Assembly (NCBI GenBank): GCA_031257175.1
Contig: JAIRPE010000086.1
Coordinates: forward strand, 1-56,354
Direction: 5' to 3'
DNA length: 56,354 nt
From: Eubacteriales Family XIII. Incertae Sedis bacterium
GTDB lineage: Bacteria; Bacillota; Clostridia; Peptostreptococcales; Anaerovoracaceae
The number at the start of each line of letters is the position of its first letter. Position 1 is the stretch's first letter. Below, in pieces: positions 56,025 to 56,354 of the stretch. Below the pieces are notes generated by a model. The model did not search any database. It saw only the letters and a list, made by a program, of their open reading frames with translations, and had not been told where the DNA came from. A program made the position numbers and the translations under genes.

Positions 56025-56348
56025 TCAATAAGGTTTTGCGCCTCCGCTCCCCCTCCCGCCCCTCTCAAGCCTGCGGTTCCTCAGGAACAAGCATTCATCT
56101 ACGGTTATCATTATCAAATTGAGACTATACAGGTACAGATTAACGCTCACATCCGCCTCCGCGCCCGTTCTCAATTCTTCCCAATATTCGGTAAGCTTGA
56201 ACAAAATGCCCGCCACGTATCCCGCCTGCAGCACGATAAGGAACGGCAGGCTCTTGCCCGCCGTCTGCCTGGAGACGGCGGACTTGTATATGGAAAAAGG
56301 CCAGGCGAAGCCAAAGCAAATCAACATCGCCGATTCGAAGATGTTCAT
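56025..56348 (-). CDS. small three-TM membrane protein (PQ-loop/SemiSWEET-like by shape only)
   Basis: 107 aa with hydrophobic segments AMLICFGFAWPFSI, LPFLIVLQAGYVAGILF and LYLYSLNLIMITV. Basic Gly-rich tail. Function not assignable. Confidence 0.55.
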   Translation of the reverse strand: MNIFESAMLICFGFAWPFSIYKSAVSRQTAGKSLPFLIVLQAGYVAGILFKLTEYWEELRTGAEADVSVNLYLYSLNLIMITVDECLFLRNRRLERGGRGSGGAKPY

Positions 56349-56354
56349 GGGGTC

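Overview
GC-rich (about 60-65% by eye, not computed) chromosomal segment of a flagellated, SLH/S-layer-bearing, Firmicutes/Clostridia-like bacterium. Most genes are on the minus strand. High GC produces many long antisense shadow ORFs, which I discounted. In coordinate order the window holds: tRNA-Ala(CGC) with its own promoter and terminator; a DNRLRE-like lipoprotein; a roughly 1926-aa surface protein with five 276-bp tandem repeats and C-terminal SLH domains; fliP-fliQ-fliR-flhB; a Kae1/TsaD-like gene, nusB, asp23 and a CNNM/TlyC hemolysin-family gene; and a PNPOx-family gene. Next comes a six-gene operon (cysteine synthase, JAMM peptidase, ThiS/CysO-like sulfur carrier, MoeB-rhodanese E1, Family 2A encapsulin shell, cysteine desulfurase cargo). 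After it lie a second flagellar block (flhA, fliA, two rod genes, FapA, PilZ), then hisS, hemZ-like radical SAM, MBL hydrolase, ftsK and uppP. A lower-GC segment follows (nitroreductase remnant, serA, rdgB, DUF47, Pit). The window ends with a class A PBP, maf, an RgpF-like glycosyltransferase divergent from a second SLH protein, an acyl-CoA synthetase, a Na+/H+ antiporter, a hybrid sensor with a degenerate kinase core, and a small membrane protein. I saw no CRISPR array, transposase, integrase or rRNA. The most interesting item is the physical and apparently transcriptional fusion of a Family 2A encapsulin/cysteine desulfurase nanocompartment with a protein-thiocarboxylate (CysO-type) cysteine pathway. 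The second is a near-consensus sigma-28 (FliA) promoter in front of an SLH cell-surface protein gene. All homology calls come from reading motifs in the translations; no database search was run.
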